A stretch of 64,000 nt of DNA from Candidatus Hodarchaeota archaeon. GTDB taxonomy: Archaea > Asgardarchaeota > Lokiarchaeia > Sigyniarchaeales > SOKP01. This document shows positions 1 to 9,627 of the stretch, piece after piece (the first letter of the stretch is position 1; every line of letters begins with the position of its first letter). The stretch spans positions 231,532 to 295,531 of the forward strand of contig JBHLKM010000002.1 of NCBI GenBank assembly GCA_048886685.1. Reading direction: 5' to 3'. Both the position numbers and the translations under genes were made by a program. The notes under the pieces are model-generated. The model had not been told where the DNA came from, did not search any database, and saw nothing but the letters and a program-made list of their open reading frames with translations.

Positions 1-761
1 TCTTTACCGTCTGCGTCTCGACCACCGAACCTAGCGGAATCTGACATAAAAATGTTTTCTCTCACAGTATTACAAGCATTGATGAAATCTCTTAAATCTC
101 CTCTTAAGGTTAAACCACTGCTTACTCCCTGTACGTTATGGACTATTACATTACCCGATATATCAGCAATAATTACTTTCGCTTTAATTTCATCAAGTTG
201 TTTCTCTGCTTTTTCTACATGATCTTTCAATTCCGCATATTGAGATATTAAGATATCTCTAAATACTTTTGTTAACTTGTCTTCTTCATAGATGCTTGTA
301 AGCATAAAATCGAAATCATAATCTTTAAACATGTCCAGAAATATTTCTTTTGCATTCTTCACATTGGTATCGAGAAGTTCTTTCTGGTAATTCTCTGTAT
401 CATACTTATGGAGAAATAAGAAAATTTTAGGCTTTTCATTATTTTTTCGATAAAGATCTAATAAATCTATAAAATAATCCTTGGCTTGGTTAAAATTTGC
501 TGGATCGTGTAGATCAACAATGGGAATAAGAATATCAGTTCCTTTAAATATTTCTGGCTTTTCCATGTATTCCTTTCGAAATTGTTCTTGACCTCCAAAA
601 TCAAAGATTCCAACTTGTAAACCTAAGAAAGGATGTCTTCTAGTTTCATAGAGAATCGTTGGACTTAAACCTTTAGTGTCTTCTGGGCTTTTAGCAGCAA
701 AAGCCACCGAATATACGCTTGTTTTACCGCAACCTGATAAACCTACGAGTGAAATTTTCAA
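1..761 (-). CDS. Rag/Gtr-like small GTPase with C-terminal roadblock/longin-like domain (3' end runs off the window)
   Basis: Manual translation from TTG at 761 (AAGGAG upstream): MKISLVGLSGCGKTS (P-loop), DFGGQ (G3), FLHKYD (G4) and TSIYE (G5), all typical of the Rag family. Absent from the ORF track because it has no stop in the window. Confidence 0.8.
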   Translation of the reverse strand, partial: MKISLVGLSGCGKTSVYSVAFAAKSPEDTKGLSPTILYETRRHPFLGLQVGIFDFGGQEQFRKEYMEKPEIFKGTDILIPIVDLHDPANFNQAKDYFIDLLDLYRKNNEKPKIFLFLHKYDTENYQKELLDTNVKNAKEIFLDMFKDYDFDFMLTSIYEEDKLTKVFRDILISQYAELKDHVEKAEKQLDEIKAKVIIADISGNVIVHNVQGVSSGLTLRGDLRDFINACNTVRENIFMSDSARFGGRDADGK

Positions 762-857
762 TTTACTTCTACTCCTTTATTTTTACCTTAACGATCTAAT
801 AATTTTTTATAATATTTTATTTCATTTAACTTTTTTAATAAAAATTTATTTAATTTT

Positions 858-2348
858 TTATTCTGTTGGTGCGATTTTAAATGTTCTGGAAAATATCTTG
901 CCAAAAGTTTCAGTTGACGCTTCCACTAAAATATTTGCCATGAATGGTTCACTTTCCTTTATTTCTATAGGATATCCTATTTCGATTGTTTCGAATGGGA
1001 ATAATTCCCTTATAGTTGTAATCCAGGGTCTTTTCTCAAAGAGTTCTTCAACAGTAACAACACGAATTTTTAGATCCTCTAACACATAACCTATTGTGTT
1101 TGTAAGGGAGAGAGCTAATATCTTATCCTCTTCATTTAAAGTCTTTGAAGCACTGAGAAATTTTCTTGTTCCAAGTGGAGGTTTAACAGATATTTGTTCT
1201 GTTTCTGGTTTAGTTTCAATTCGTGGTTCTTCAATTTCCTCGGAATCTCTTACGATGAAGACTTTTCTTTTTTGTATAGTGTACTGTGATACTTTTTTGA
1301 GTTTTGCCAAAAATAACACAGCATTCAAATTGATAGCATTAAACGTTTCTATTTTAAGATAACCTTTCTCAGCAGCATCTTCTATGATTTCAGTACCTAT
1401 TCCACTTCGCGCAAAAACAGTATTTTTATTTGCACCAGAACCTACACTGCCTACGCTAATGTCAGCATTCTCTGCAGTTAAATCGGTACAGAAATTACAG
1501 CTCGAGGATTTAAATTTATCCAATTGCCTAATAGTGTATGATTTCACCGGGTCTTCCTGTGGATCATAATAAAGATGAAATTTTCCCTTATTAATATCCA
1601 TTTTTTGAACTTTTGACAAATCTATACCTTCCTTCTCAAAAAATGGATAGATAGCTTCGGGGGCAAAAGAATCCATACAAAATAACCCAATTTTAAGTAC
1701 ATGACATCTCATGAAATACTTTAGCATGCCGGTTGGACTGTCGAACATCTTTGTAACCGCATCAATATTGCATGGGGTTCCAACAAATGCAATCGATCGA
1801 AAATCTTGCCTAACAGCATCCATTAATGCTTCAACAGTTTGGGAATGACTATAAATAGAACCTGAAGCTTTAATCGCATCCTCTTTATTCGTAATAATTT
1901 GAGCAACTGGATGCCACGGTTTACTAGGATCTTTCATTGTTACAATTGCAGCATCAATTAAATGTTCATCAAACAAATAACAAAGTAAACTTGTTACTGT
2001 TCCCCCATCCTGGCCACCGATTACTTCTGGAATATTAGTATTTGCAACATATCCGGTTTTGAACACCCCCATTAATATGTATGGGTCAGTAATTGTTCGA
2101 GGACATTGATTATAACATATTCCACAACCTGTACATTTGCCTGTAAGTTTTGGTTGTCCTGCGATATCATCCCATTCCAAGACTGGACAGACTGCAGCAC
2201 AAGTTCCACATTCTGTACAAATTCCTGTACGAACAATCTCTTTCATCAACATTCCAAACGAATCTTTCTTGCCTTCAAGCTTCTTCTGGATGTACTCAAA
2301 GGAATAATCATATTGAGTTTCAGTTTTTTCTGTATTATTTTCTGTCAT
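858..2348 (-). CDS. Coenzyme F420 hydrogenase/dehydrogenase beta subunit (FrhB family) with N-terminal 2x[4Fe-4S] and an extra C-terminal beta-rich domain
   Basis: CTECGTCAAVCP, CTGCGICYNQCP, QDGGTVT, VGTPC, IGLFCMDSF, CNFCTDLTAENADISVGSVGS; about 130 extra C-terminal residues. Confidence 0.85.
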   Translation of the reverse strand: MTENNTEKTETQYDYSFEYIQKKLEGKKDSFGMLMKEIVRTGICTECGTCAAVCPVLEWDDIAGQPKLTGKCTGCGICYNQCPRTITDPYILMGVFKTGYVANTNIPEVIGGQDGGTVTSLLCYLFDEHLIDAAIVTMKDPSKPWHPVAQIITNKEDAIKASGSIYSHSQTVEALMDAVRQDFRSIAFVGTPCNIDAVTKMFDSPTGMLKYFMRCHVLKIGLFCMDSFAPEAIYPFFEKEGIDLSKVQKMDINKGKFHLYYDPQEDPVKSYTIRQLDKFKSSSCNFCTDLTAENADISVGSVGSGANKNTVFARSGIGTEIIEDAAEKGYLKIETFNAINLNAVLFLAKLKKVSQYTIQKRKVFIVRDSEEIEEPRIETKPETEQISVKPPLGTRKFLSASKTLNEEDKILALSLTNTIGYVLEDLKIRVVTVEELFEKRPWITTIRELFPFETIEIGYPIEIKESEPFMANILVEASTETFGKIFSRTFKIAPTE

Positions 2349-2499
2349 TTTATTTTCCAGTAATCTCTATATTGTATTTAATTTATAGTTAATAGGCTAT
2401 GAAATAGAATGGATTTTTGTAAAAAAAGATTATTAATTAAACGATTATGAAGTTTGTTTTTTGAAATTTTAGTCAAAAAAGGTAATTTCAGACTTGATT

Positions 2500-4095
2500 T
2501 CAATTATCTAATTCTAACCTTTCTTCAATTTTTTTAATGGCATTAGATGCCCGGATTCTAACAACTCTGTGAAAATCATTAACCCTTTTAAGCAAAGCGC
2601 TTAAGGCAAGGTCATTTCCATATGTTTCTAATATTTTTATTAAACTAATTTTTACTTTAAAGTTTTCATCTGCCTCATTTCCTAGATGGTCAATAAGTAT
2701 CGCAATATTTTTGTTTAATAATCTCTTTACGTCTTCCTCATCGTCTTTTTTCTGATACCAATTATTTTGAAATATATTATAAATTGCATCAACAGTTACT
2801 TTTTTAATGAGCCAATATGAATCCTTATCTTCCAGAAGCCTAATCAAATTTTCCAGAGAATCCAGATTTCCTATTTTTCCCAAAGCGATAATAGTATTTT
2901 TTCTAACGTCCAAATTTTTTATGCTGAGCAATTTAACCAATGGTTGGACAAATTCTTCATTCCCTAACTCTCCTAGGATAAATGCAACACTTTCTCGTAT
3001 TGTATTATTCTCTCTTTCCAGACAAGAATATAGATAATCATATGAAGCATCCTGATTACTTGAATAAATTTTTTTTATAGCATCTAAGATGTATAGCTTC
3101 ATATCTAAATCGGTATATTCAAAACTTATGTCTTCGATATCTAAAATATCTAAAAGTTCTGGTACTGCAGAAAGATCTCCAATTTCACCTAAGGCTTCAA
3201 TCGATGCGATACTAACTTCATTATAAATGTTGTCTAAATTAGTAATGAGAAAATCTACAGCATTCTTAATTTTTAATTTGCCGCTTAAAATAATAGCATT
3301 TTTCCTAACAATGAAATCATCAATTAATAATAATTTTATTATTTCTCTCGCAATCTCTTCTCCCATTAATTTTAAAATTGTAATAATGGAGTTTAACAAC
3401 TCTAAATCTTCTTCTTTTAAAATCAGTGTAATAACATCAAGTAAAACATCTTTATTTTGAATTAAATTAGTTATAATCTCTGGATATTTTACTTCCATAT
3501 AACTTATATCTTCATAAGAAATGTTAATACTTGATAATTCATATCCAATTAATTTTATTAATTCCGCTTTATGCTTATTCGAAAGATATTTATTTTTTAA
3601 TGAATCTAATAATCCACTTATGAGATGTTCGGGGTTCAGGCTTAATAATTGGATTGTAATGAAATCCTTTATTGCATTGAAATTACAATCTAATTCATTA
3701 ATAAAAAGTTTGATTTCTGGTTCCTTAAATCTAATTTGCCGTATTGCTTTGAACACTGACAACTTTAATTCGTTATCGACTTGTTTCTGTTCTAATATCC
3801 ACTTTAATGGTTTTAATCCCTTTTCATGTTTTATTCTTCCTATGGCTTTCGCAGCTTCGCATTTTATCTCTACTTTTTCCTCAGAAATTAATAAATTCTC
3901 AAATATTGTAAAGCAATTATCTTTAATTTCCATAGAATTGTTGCTTATTAATGCCAAATATTTAATTGCTTCTTTTCTCTTATTGCCATCCACATCTGAT
4001 TCTATTATTTCCGTTAGCATATTTACTGAATTTTTTACCCCTAATTCTTTTCTCCTTTCAAAAATTTCTCGTGGATGGATCTTAGTTCCTAGCAT
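2500..4095 (-). CDS. HEAT/PBS-lyase repeat protein
   Basis: Repeated motifs such as VRKNTIIALGKIG, IRESVAFILGELG, SIEALGEIGD. Confidence 0.85.
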   Translation of the reverse strand: MLGTKIHPREIFERRKELGVKNSVNMLTEIIESDVDGNKRKEAIKYLALISNNSMEIKDNCFTIFENLLISEEKVEIKCEAAKAIGRIKHEKGLKPLKWILEQKQVDNELKLSVFKAIRQIRFKEPEIKLFINELDCNFNAIKDFITIQLLSLNPEHLISGLLDSLKNKYLSNKHKAELIKLIGYELSSINISYEDISYMEVKYPEIITNLIQNKDVLLDVITLILKEEDLELLNSIITILKLMGEEIAREIIKLLLIDDFIVRKNAIILSGKLKIKNAVDFLITNLDNIYNEVSIASIEALGEIGDLSAVPELLDILDIEDISFEYTDLDMKLYILDAIKKIYSSNQDASYDYLYSCLERENNTIRESVAFILGELGNEEFVQPLVKLLSIKNLDVRKNTIIALGKIGNLDSLENLIRLLEDKDSYWLIKKVTVDAIYNIFQNNWYQKKDDEEDVKRLLNKNIAILIDHLGNEADENFKVKISLIKILETYGNDLALSALLKRVNDFHRVVRIRASNAIKKIEERLELDN

Positions 4096-4371
4096 TTAAT
4101 AAGCCTTTAAATATTTGAAAATCTGTTATTTTTTTCTTTAACTATTATCAAATTAGATCATATATCTATAAAAATCTTTTCTAAATGCGACAGAAATACA
4201 GATCCTAACTACCAAACTCGAAAAAACTAATGAATCCCAAAATAATAATAATAAAACTGTTATAACATGAAAAACATTTGTGGTTTTTAATAATGAAATC
4301 ATAACAATTCTAATGAAAATTAAATTTTTTCTTACTTTATCAATTACCAATATCTTTAAAATAAATAAATT

Positions 4372-5109
4372 ATGAAAATCAATATGTCATTTCGTCAATC
4401 AATAAATAATGCTAGAGCAAGATTTTATAGTTTTATAACAGATTTCAATGTTGTCAAATTTTCTGCGATTACTGTAATGATTGGGTATATCTGTTTGCTT
4501 ATAGTGGGAGTCATCACAGCTACTTTACTTGATCCAGACAGTTATACGATTTGGGATAATTGGATTTCTGATCTTGGTTCTGATGATCATACTCCTGCTC
4601 CAATTTTATACGATATTGCATGTATCATAGCAGGATCTATGACTATTCCACTCACTTTCTATCTAGAAAAAATATTAGCTCCATTACCTATAAAAACCAA
4701 ATTAGGCGAGCAGCATTATTCTCGATTACGTTTCCGACTAAGCAGTTTTGCTTTCTTATTCAGTATAATCGGGAATTTCGGATATATTGGTGTAGGGATC
4801 TTTTCTTCTGACCGTGATTACGAATGCTTATCTATTTTAGGAGAGGGACCCCATAACATTATGTCATATCTAGCTTTTGGTGGATTTACTTTTGGTGCTT
4901 TCTTTATGGGGTGGTTAATCATTTTATATGATACTAAAATTCCAAAAATTCTGGGAATCTATGGAATAATTGGGCCAATAACTATCTCGATTCTGAATTT
5001 AATTGATAGTACTCCATTATTAGAATGGTTACTACTCTTCTCAATACTAATTTGGATAATCCCACTTTCAATAATTATGCTAAGGAAACCGGAATTAAAC
5101 CTAAGATAG
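4372..5109 (+). CDS. DUF998-like membrane protein
   Basis: Several hydrophobic segments; NWISDLG, GVGIFS and H..S.LAF motifs. Confidence 0.65.
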   Translation: MKINMSFRQSINNARARFYSFITDFNVVKFSAITVMIGYICLLIVGVITATLLDPDSYTIWDNWISDLGSDDHTPAPILYDIACIIAGSMTIPLTFYLEKILAPLPIKTKLGEQHYSRLRFRLSSFAFLFSIIGNFGYIGVGIFSSDRDYECLSILGEGPHNIMSYLAFGGFTFGAFFMGWLIILYDTKIPKILGIYGIIGPITISILNLIDSTPLLEWLLLFSILIWIIPLSIIMLRKPELNLR

Positions 5110-5260
5110 AATAACAATAAATTTGTAATTTGAATAATTAAAAAATTAACCAGTTATTAATAATATTCCTAAATCAAAATTATTCTTTTAGAGTACCTCT
5201 ATTTTCGTGTCTTTACCTATTTTTCTAAAAACTATAAATATTAATATTTATTCCGCAATT

Positions 5261-5281
5261 TGATATATCTAGATTTGATAT
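5261..5281 (+). promoter_or_regulatory. Putative PadR operator (ATATC-N7-GATAT), copy 1
   Basis: TGATATATCTAGATTTGATAT lies 33 nt upstream of padR and is 18/21 identical to 6251-6271. Confidence 0.55.
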
Positions 5282-5313
5282 TTTAACTCTTTATTATTAA
5301 TGGTTAAATTGAA

Positions 5314-5898
5314 ATGAGCCAAAAAACAAAAAATTCAGAAAAAATTGATACAATTGCCGATGCTATTGAACAATCAATGAAAAAAGGGCATATTAGCACT
5401 TTAATACTATTAGCTTTAGAGAAAGGACCGTCTCATGGATATAACTTAATGCAAGTTATTAAAGACGATACTTATGGAGTATGGAATCCAACTGCTTCTT
5501 CGCTCTATCCACATTTATCATCATTAACAGAAAAGGGTCTAATAGAGTTTACAACTGAAATGGAAGGAAAAAGGGAACGAAAAGTTTATGATATTACCCA
5601 AAAAGGGAAAAAAACGTTGAAAATGCTTATTGAAAGACAACAGAATATGCGAAAATCACTCTTATCTATGATAATGTCAACTATAGGGATAACTGATTCG
5701 AACATTCCTGATGATTTTGAAAGTTTATTTGGTCCTGAATTACTTGAAGATACAAGTTTAGTTGGCAAAACCAATTATGAAAAACTCGAAATTCTCTCTA
5801 AACGAAAAATGGTTATATCAAAAATTGTAGATAAACTCAAAAATCTAACAAATGAAATTGACCAAAGAATTGAGAGTTTAAAATTTAATGGAAATTAA
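5314..5898 (+). CDS. PadR family transcriptional regulator
   Basis: LILLALEKGPSHGYNL, SSLYPHLSSLTEKGLI, RKVYDITQKG winged-helix motifs. Confidence 0.9.
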   Translation: MSQKTKNSEKIDTIADAIEQSMKKGHISTLILLALEKGPSHGYNLMQVIKDDTYGVWNPTASSLYPHLSSLTEKGLIEFTTEMEGKRERKVYDITQKGKKTLKMLIERQQNMRKSLLSMIMSTIGITDSNIPDDFESLFGPELLEDTSLVGKTNYEKLEILSKRKMVISKIVDKLKNLTNEIDQRIESLKFNGN

Positions 5899-5915
5899 TA
5901 AAATCTAAGTGATTA

Positions 5916-6020
5916 TTAGGCCACTATACCAAGAAGTATTAATAAAACAATCCCTAATGCAGCCAGACCTGAGATTCCAATAATACCCATTAAAATCTCA
6001 TATATCACTTTAGCATTCAT
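5916..6020 (-). CDS. 34-aa single-pass membrane peptide
   Basis: MNAKVIYEILMGIIGISGLAALGIVLLILLGIVA*, GGGGTGA/AAGGA upstream, tandem TAA TAA stops; below the ORF-track length cutoff. Confidence 0.5.
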   Translation of the reverse strand: MNAKVIYEILMGIIGISGLAALGIVLLILLGIVA

Positions 6021-6250
6021 TTTTTTTGCTTCCTTTCACCCCTAATATTTTTTTAATTTCCTATTAATAGTATATAAAACTATATATTTAAAAGTTGTGA
6101 TTATATCTGTTTTTAAAATATTTTACCACAGCTTGTTTTTTTAATTTAATAATAATATATATTTATATATATTCTATGTAATGTAATTTTTGGTTTATTA
6201 TCTTACTTTTTCAAAACATTTATATATCCATAATATATATATTAAGTAAC

Positions 6251-6275
6251 TGATATATCCAGGCTTGATATATCC
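6251..6275 (+). promoter_or_regulatory. Putative PadR operator, copy 2
   Basis: TGATATATCCAGGCTTGATATATCC just upstream of the SDR gene start at 6302. Confidence 0.55.
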
Positions 6276-6301
6276 CGATTGCATAACAAGTGTAGTTAAT
6301 T

Positions 6302-7294
6302 TTGAAAATATTATTAACAGGGGCTTTTGGGAATGTTGGATTAAGTACATTGAAAGAATTAATTAAACGAAACTATGACATAAGAGTTTTTGATATAAAA
6401 AACAAAAAAAATCGTAGGATTTCTCATAAATATAAAGATCAGATTGAGCTAATTTGGGGAGATTTACGAAATTTTAAGGATGTAGAGAAAGCAGTTTCTG
6501 GTTGTGATGTTATTATTCATGTTGCTGCCATAATTCCTCCACTTGCCGATAGAAAACCTAAATTTGCTGAAGCTGTAAATGTTGGGGGAACCTCAAATAT
6601 AATCGAAGCTATGAAAACACAATCGCAAAAACCAAAGCTTATATTCACCTCTTCAATAGCAATATATGGTGATAGAACTAAAAATCCATTAATTCGAACA
6701 ACTGATCCCCTGAAGCCTAATGATGATGATGAATATGCTAAACAAAAAGTAAAGTGTGAAGAGCTTATCAAAAACTCAGGATTAGAGTGGGTAATATGTC
6801 GTTTAACCTATATTGTTTCTATCAATAAGCTTCAACTGGATCCTCTCATGTTTGAAATGCCCTTAAACACTTGTATTGAAATTTGTGATACGAAAGATGT
6901 TGGCTTTGCTTTAGCTAAGGCTGTTGAAAACAAAGAGATTTGGGGCGAAATCTTACATATTGCAGGTGGACCAAAGTGTCGGATTTCATATAGAGAATAT
7001 CTTAGAGAGATGTTAGATATTTTTGGAATTGGGGCAGATGAGTTGCCTTCTGAAGCATTTAGCACAAAAGGTTTTCATTGTGGATTTATGACAACTGATA
7101 AAAGCCAAGCATTATTACAATATCAACGGCATACAATTGATGATCACTTCAATGCTGTTAGAAAAAAAGTAGCAGTTTCACGAATATTCATGATAATGGT
7201 TAGACCTTTTGCGCGAAAATACCTTTTAAGTAAATCTCATTATTATAAAGAATATTCTCACCGCAGTCATCTTGGTTATCAAAAACTCAGTTAG
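6302..7294 (+). CDS. NAD-dependent epimerase/dehydratase (extended SDR)
   Basis: TGAFGNVG, IIHVAA, VNVGGT, FTSSIAIYG, YAKQK. Confidence 0.9.
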   Translation: MKILLTGAFGNVGLSTLKELIKRNYDIRVFDIKNKKNRRISHKYKDQIELIWGDLRNFKDVEKAVSGCDVIIHVAAIIPPLADRKPKFAEAVNVGGTSNIIEAMKTQSQKPKLIFTSSIAIYGDRTKNPLIRTTDPLKPNDDDEYAKQKVKCEELIKNSGLEWVICRLTYIVSINKLQLDPLMFEMPLNTCIEICDTKDVGFALAKAVENKEIWGEILHIAGGPKCRISYREYLREMLDIFGIGADELPSEAFSTKGFHCGFMTTDKSQALLQYQRHTIDDHFNAVRKKVAVSRIFMIMVRPFARKYLLSKSHYYKEYSHRSHLGYQKLS

Positions 7295-7351
7295 ATATTT
7301 AATTAAAGGGTTTATTTAAACAACGCATTTTATAATTTTCATATATAATTT

Positions 7352-7395
7352 TCGATCTCAATGAAATAATTCTAATATAAAATGTTTGAGATCGA
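7352..7395. repeat. 10-bp perfect inverted repeat with 24-nt spacer
   Basis: TCGATCTCAA (7352-7361) and TTGAGATCGA (7386-7395). Confidence 0.5.
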
Positions 7396-7680
7396 TCACA
7401 AATCTCTTTCTTCTTGTCATTTTCTAAAACCCAATAATAGAAAATCCTCAGTTTGGATAAAAATGTTTTAATGTTATGATTCCTTTGGAAAAAATTGCCT
7501 ATCTCTATAAACAGAAAGAATTAAAAATATTGAAAATGAATAAATTTTAAAAAAAAACATTTAATATTGATCTTGACAAAAAGATCTATATTGCAACTTA
7601 AAAATCATTCAATAAACATCTAACAGTTTCAAAAACATACAGTTTTGTATAAAAATTAAGAGGTGGATGTGTAAAAGTAG

Positions 7681-9624
7681 ATGAATAATAAAGAAAATCA
7701 TCGGATTGGATACTATGCTTGTCAATGAGGTGTAAATATAAGAACTAAGGTAGATTGCGATGAATTAACTAATTATGTTAAGAGTCTTGGAGATGAAATT
7801 ATAATTTCGAAGAAAAACCCATTTCTATGAACTGATAATGCTCAAAATGAAATTATAGAGGACATCAAAGAAAAGAATTTAAATAGAATTGTAGCGTCCG
7901 CTTGAACTCCGCGTACACATGAGGTGATTTATAGAGGTACTATTGCTAAAACGGATTTAAATCCTTATTATTTTCAAATGGTAAATGTTCGGGAACATTG
8001 TTCTTGGTGTACAGATACTAAAGAAGAAGCTACAGAAAAGGCAAAAGTTTTAGTAAAAAGTGGCATTGAAAGAGCCAAGCGATTGGAACCTGTTCCTATT
8101 AAAACTGTTCCCGTCACTAAAGCCACTTTAGTTGTTGGAGGTGGGATAGGAGGTATGAATGCAGCTCTAGATTTAGCGAACCAAGGTATTAAAGTTTACT
8201 TAGTCGATATTAAAACAACAATCGGAGGAAGAATGGCTCAATTGGACAGAACCTTTCCAACAGACGACTGTGCGATATGAATCTGCGGTCCAAAAATGCT
8301 TGAAGTTAATAGAAATGAGAATATAGAATTATTAACATATTCTGAAGTAAAAAAAATTGAAGGATACGTTGGTAATTATAAGGTAACTATTGAGAAGAAA
8401 CCACGATACACAACTGATGAATGTAATGGTTGTGGTGCTTGCGCTGAAGTCTGTCCAGTTTATACAACGAATTATTTTGATGAGCATCTAGGTGCACGAA
8501 GAGCAATAGATATTCCATTTGGTCAGGCAGTCCCGTTTCTATATGATATTGATCGAAATGCATGTGTTGAGTGTTTTTCATGTGTAGACGCTTGTGAATT
8601 GGATGCTATTGATTTTAGCCAGGAACCTACAGAACTTAATGTTGAGGTTGGTACAATCATTATAGCGACTGGTTGGGATATACATGAACCTTTTGGCGAA
8701 TACGGATATGGAGAATTCGAAAATGTGATTACTCAAGCTCAACTAGAACGAATTTTAGCTCCAAACGGACCACTTGAAGGCCACGTACATCGAATTTCGG
8801 ATAATAAGAAACCTAAGGAAATTGTTTTCATTCAATGTGTCGGTAGTAGAGAAGAGGATAGGACTTACTGCAGCGGAGTGTGTTGCATGCTTGCTTTAAA
8901 GAATGGACGATTGCTTTTAGAAGAATTTCCTGATGCAAACATTACAATCTGTTATATTGACATAAGAACTCCTGAAAAAGGATTTGAAGAATACTATGAA
9001 CGAGCTAAAGATGCTGGTATTAGATTGATACGAGGGAAAGTAGGTGAAATTTCTGAAGATCCAGAAACAAAGAACGTGAAAGTTCGAGTATATTCAACAT
9101 TAACAGATAAAATTGTAAAAATTGATGCTGATTTAGTTGTGTTATCCACAGCAGCAATCCCTTCAAAAGGTACTCAACAGATTGTAGAACTTTTAAATCT
9201 TGATACTAATACTTATGGCTTTCTAACAGAATCACATTTCGGATTAATGCCCCAAGAAACTAAGTCAAAAGGCATTTTTATAGCTGGATTTGCTCAAGGA
9301 CCGAAAAATATTTCTTATTCCGTTTCTCAAGCTAGAGCCGCTGCTAGTAAAGTAGCGGAATTAACATCACCTGGAGAAATAGATATTGAACTAATTACTG
9401 CTGAAGTTGATAGCGATTTTTGTATCTCCTGTCGACGATGCGAAAAAGAATGCCCTAAAAATGCCATCAAGATTGAAGAAGACATCGGAGCGTTCATTGA
9501 TGAGATAAATTGCGATGGATGCGGTATCTGTGCTACATGCTGTCCTACTCAGGCAATTGATATAAGGTATTATCGAGATCATCAATTATTTGCAGAAATT
9601 GATGGAATTTTAGGAGGTGGTTAA
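7681..9624 (+). CDS. hdrA: Selenocysteine-containing heterodisulfide reductase subunit A (647 aa, 4 Sec)
   Basis: One frame from ATG 7681 to TAA 9624 with in-frame TGA at 7726 (ACQ*GVNI), 7828 (FL*TD), 7903 (SA*TPRTHE) and 8278 (DDCAI*ICGPKM). These match CHCGINI, YSCSS, ASCTPRTHE and DCSLCILAPKM in the paralogs. The call joins ORF-track fragments 7924-8280 and 8296-9624. Confidence 0.93.
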
Positions 9625-9627
9625 ACA

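Noticed and set aside
676-4350. Short ORFs such as 676-1089, 1096-1362, 3521-4099 and 4153-4350, and similar short ORFs overlapping real genes throughout the window
   Set aside because: Most are antisense or alternate-frame shadows of well-supported genes, and none has a recognisable motif.
7352-7395. A second (5') SECIS for hdrA
   Set aside because: AUGA and UGA are present, but the intervening upper stem has multiple mismatches; the simple inverted repeat is the better fold.
7924-9624. ORF-track entries 7924-8280 and 8296-9624 as separate genes
   Set aside because: They are in the same frame, separated only by a Sec TGA, and are fragments of one HdrA.
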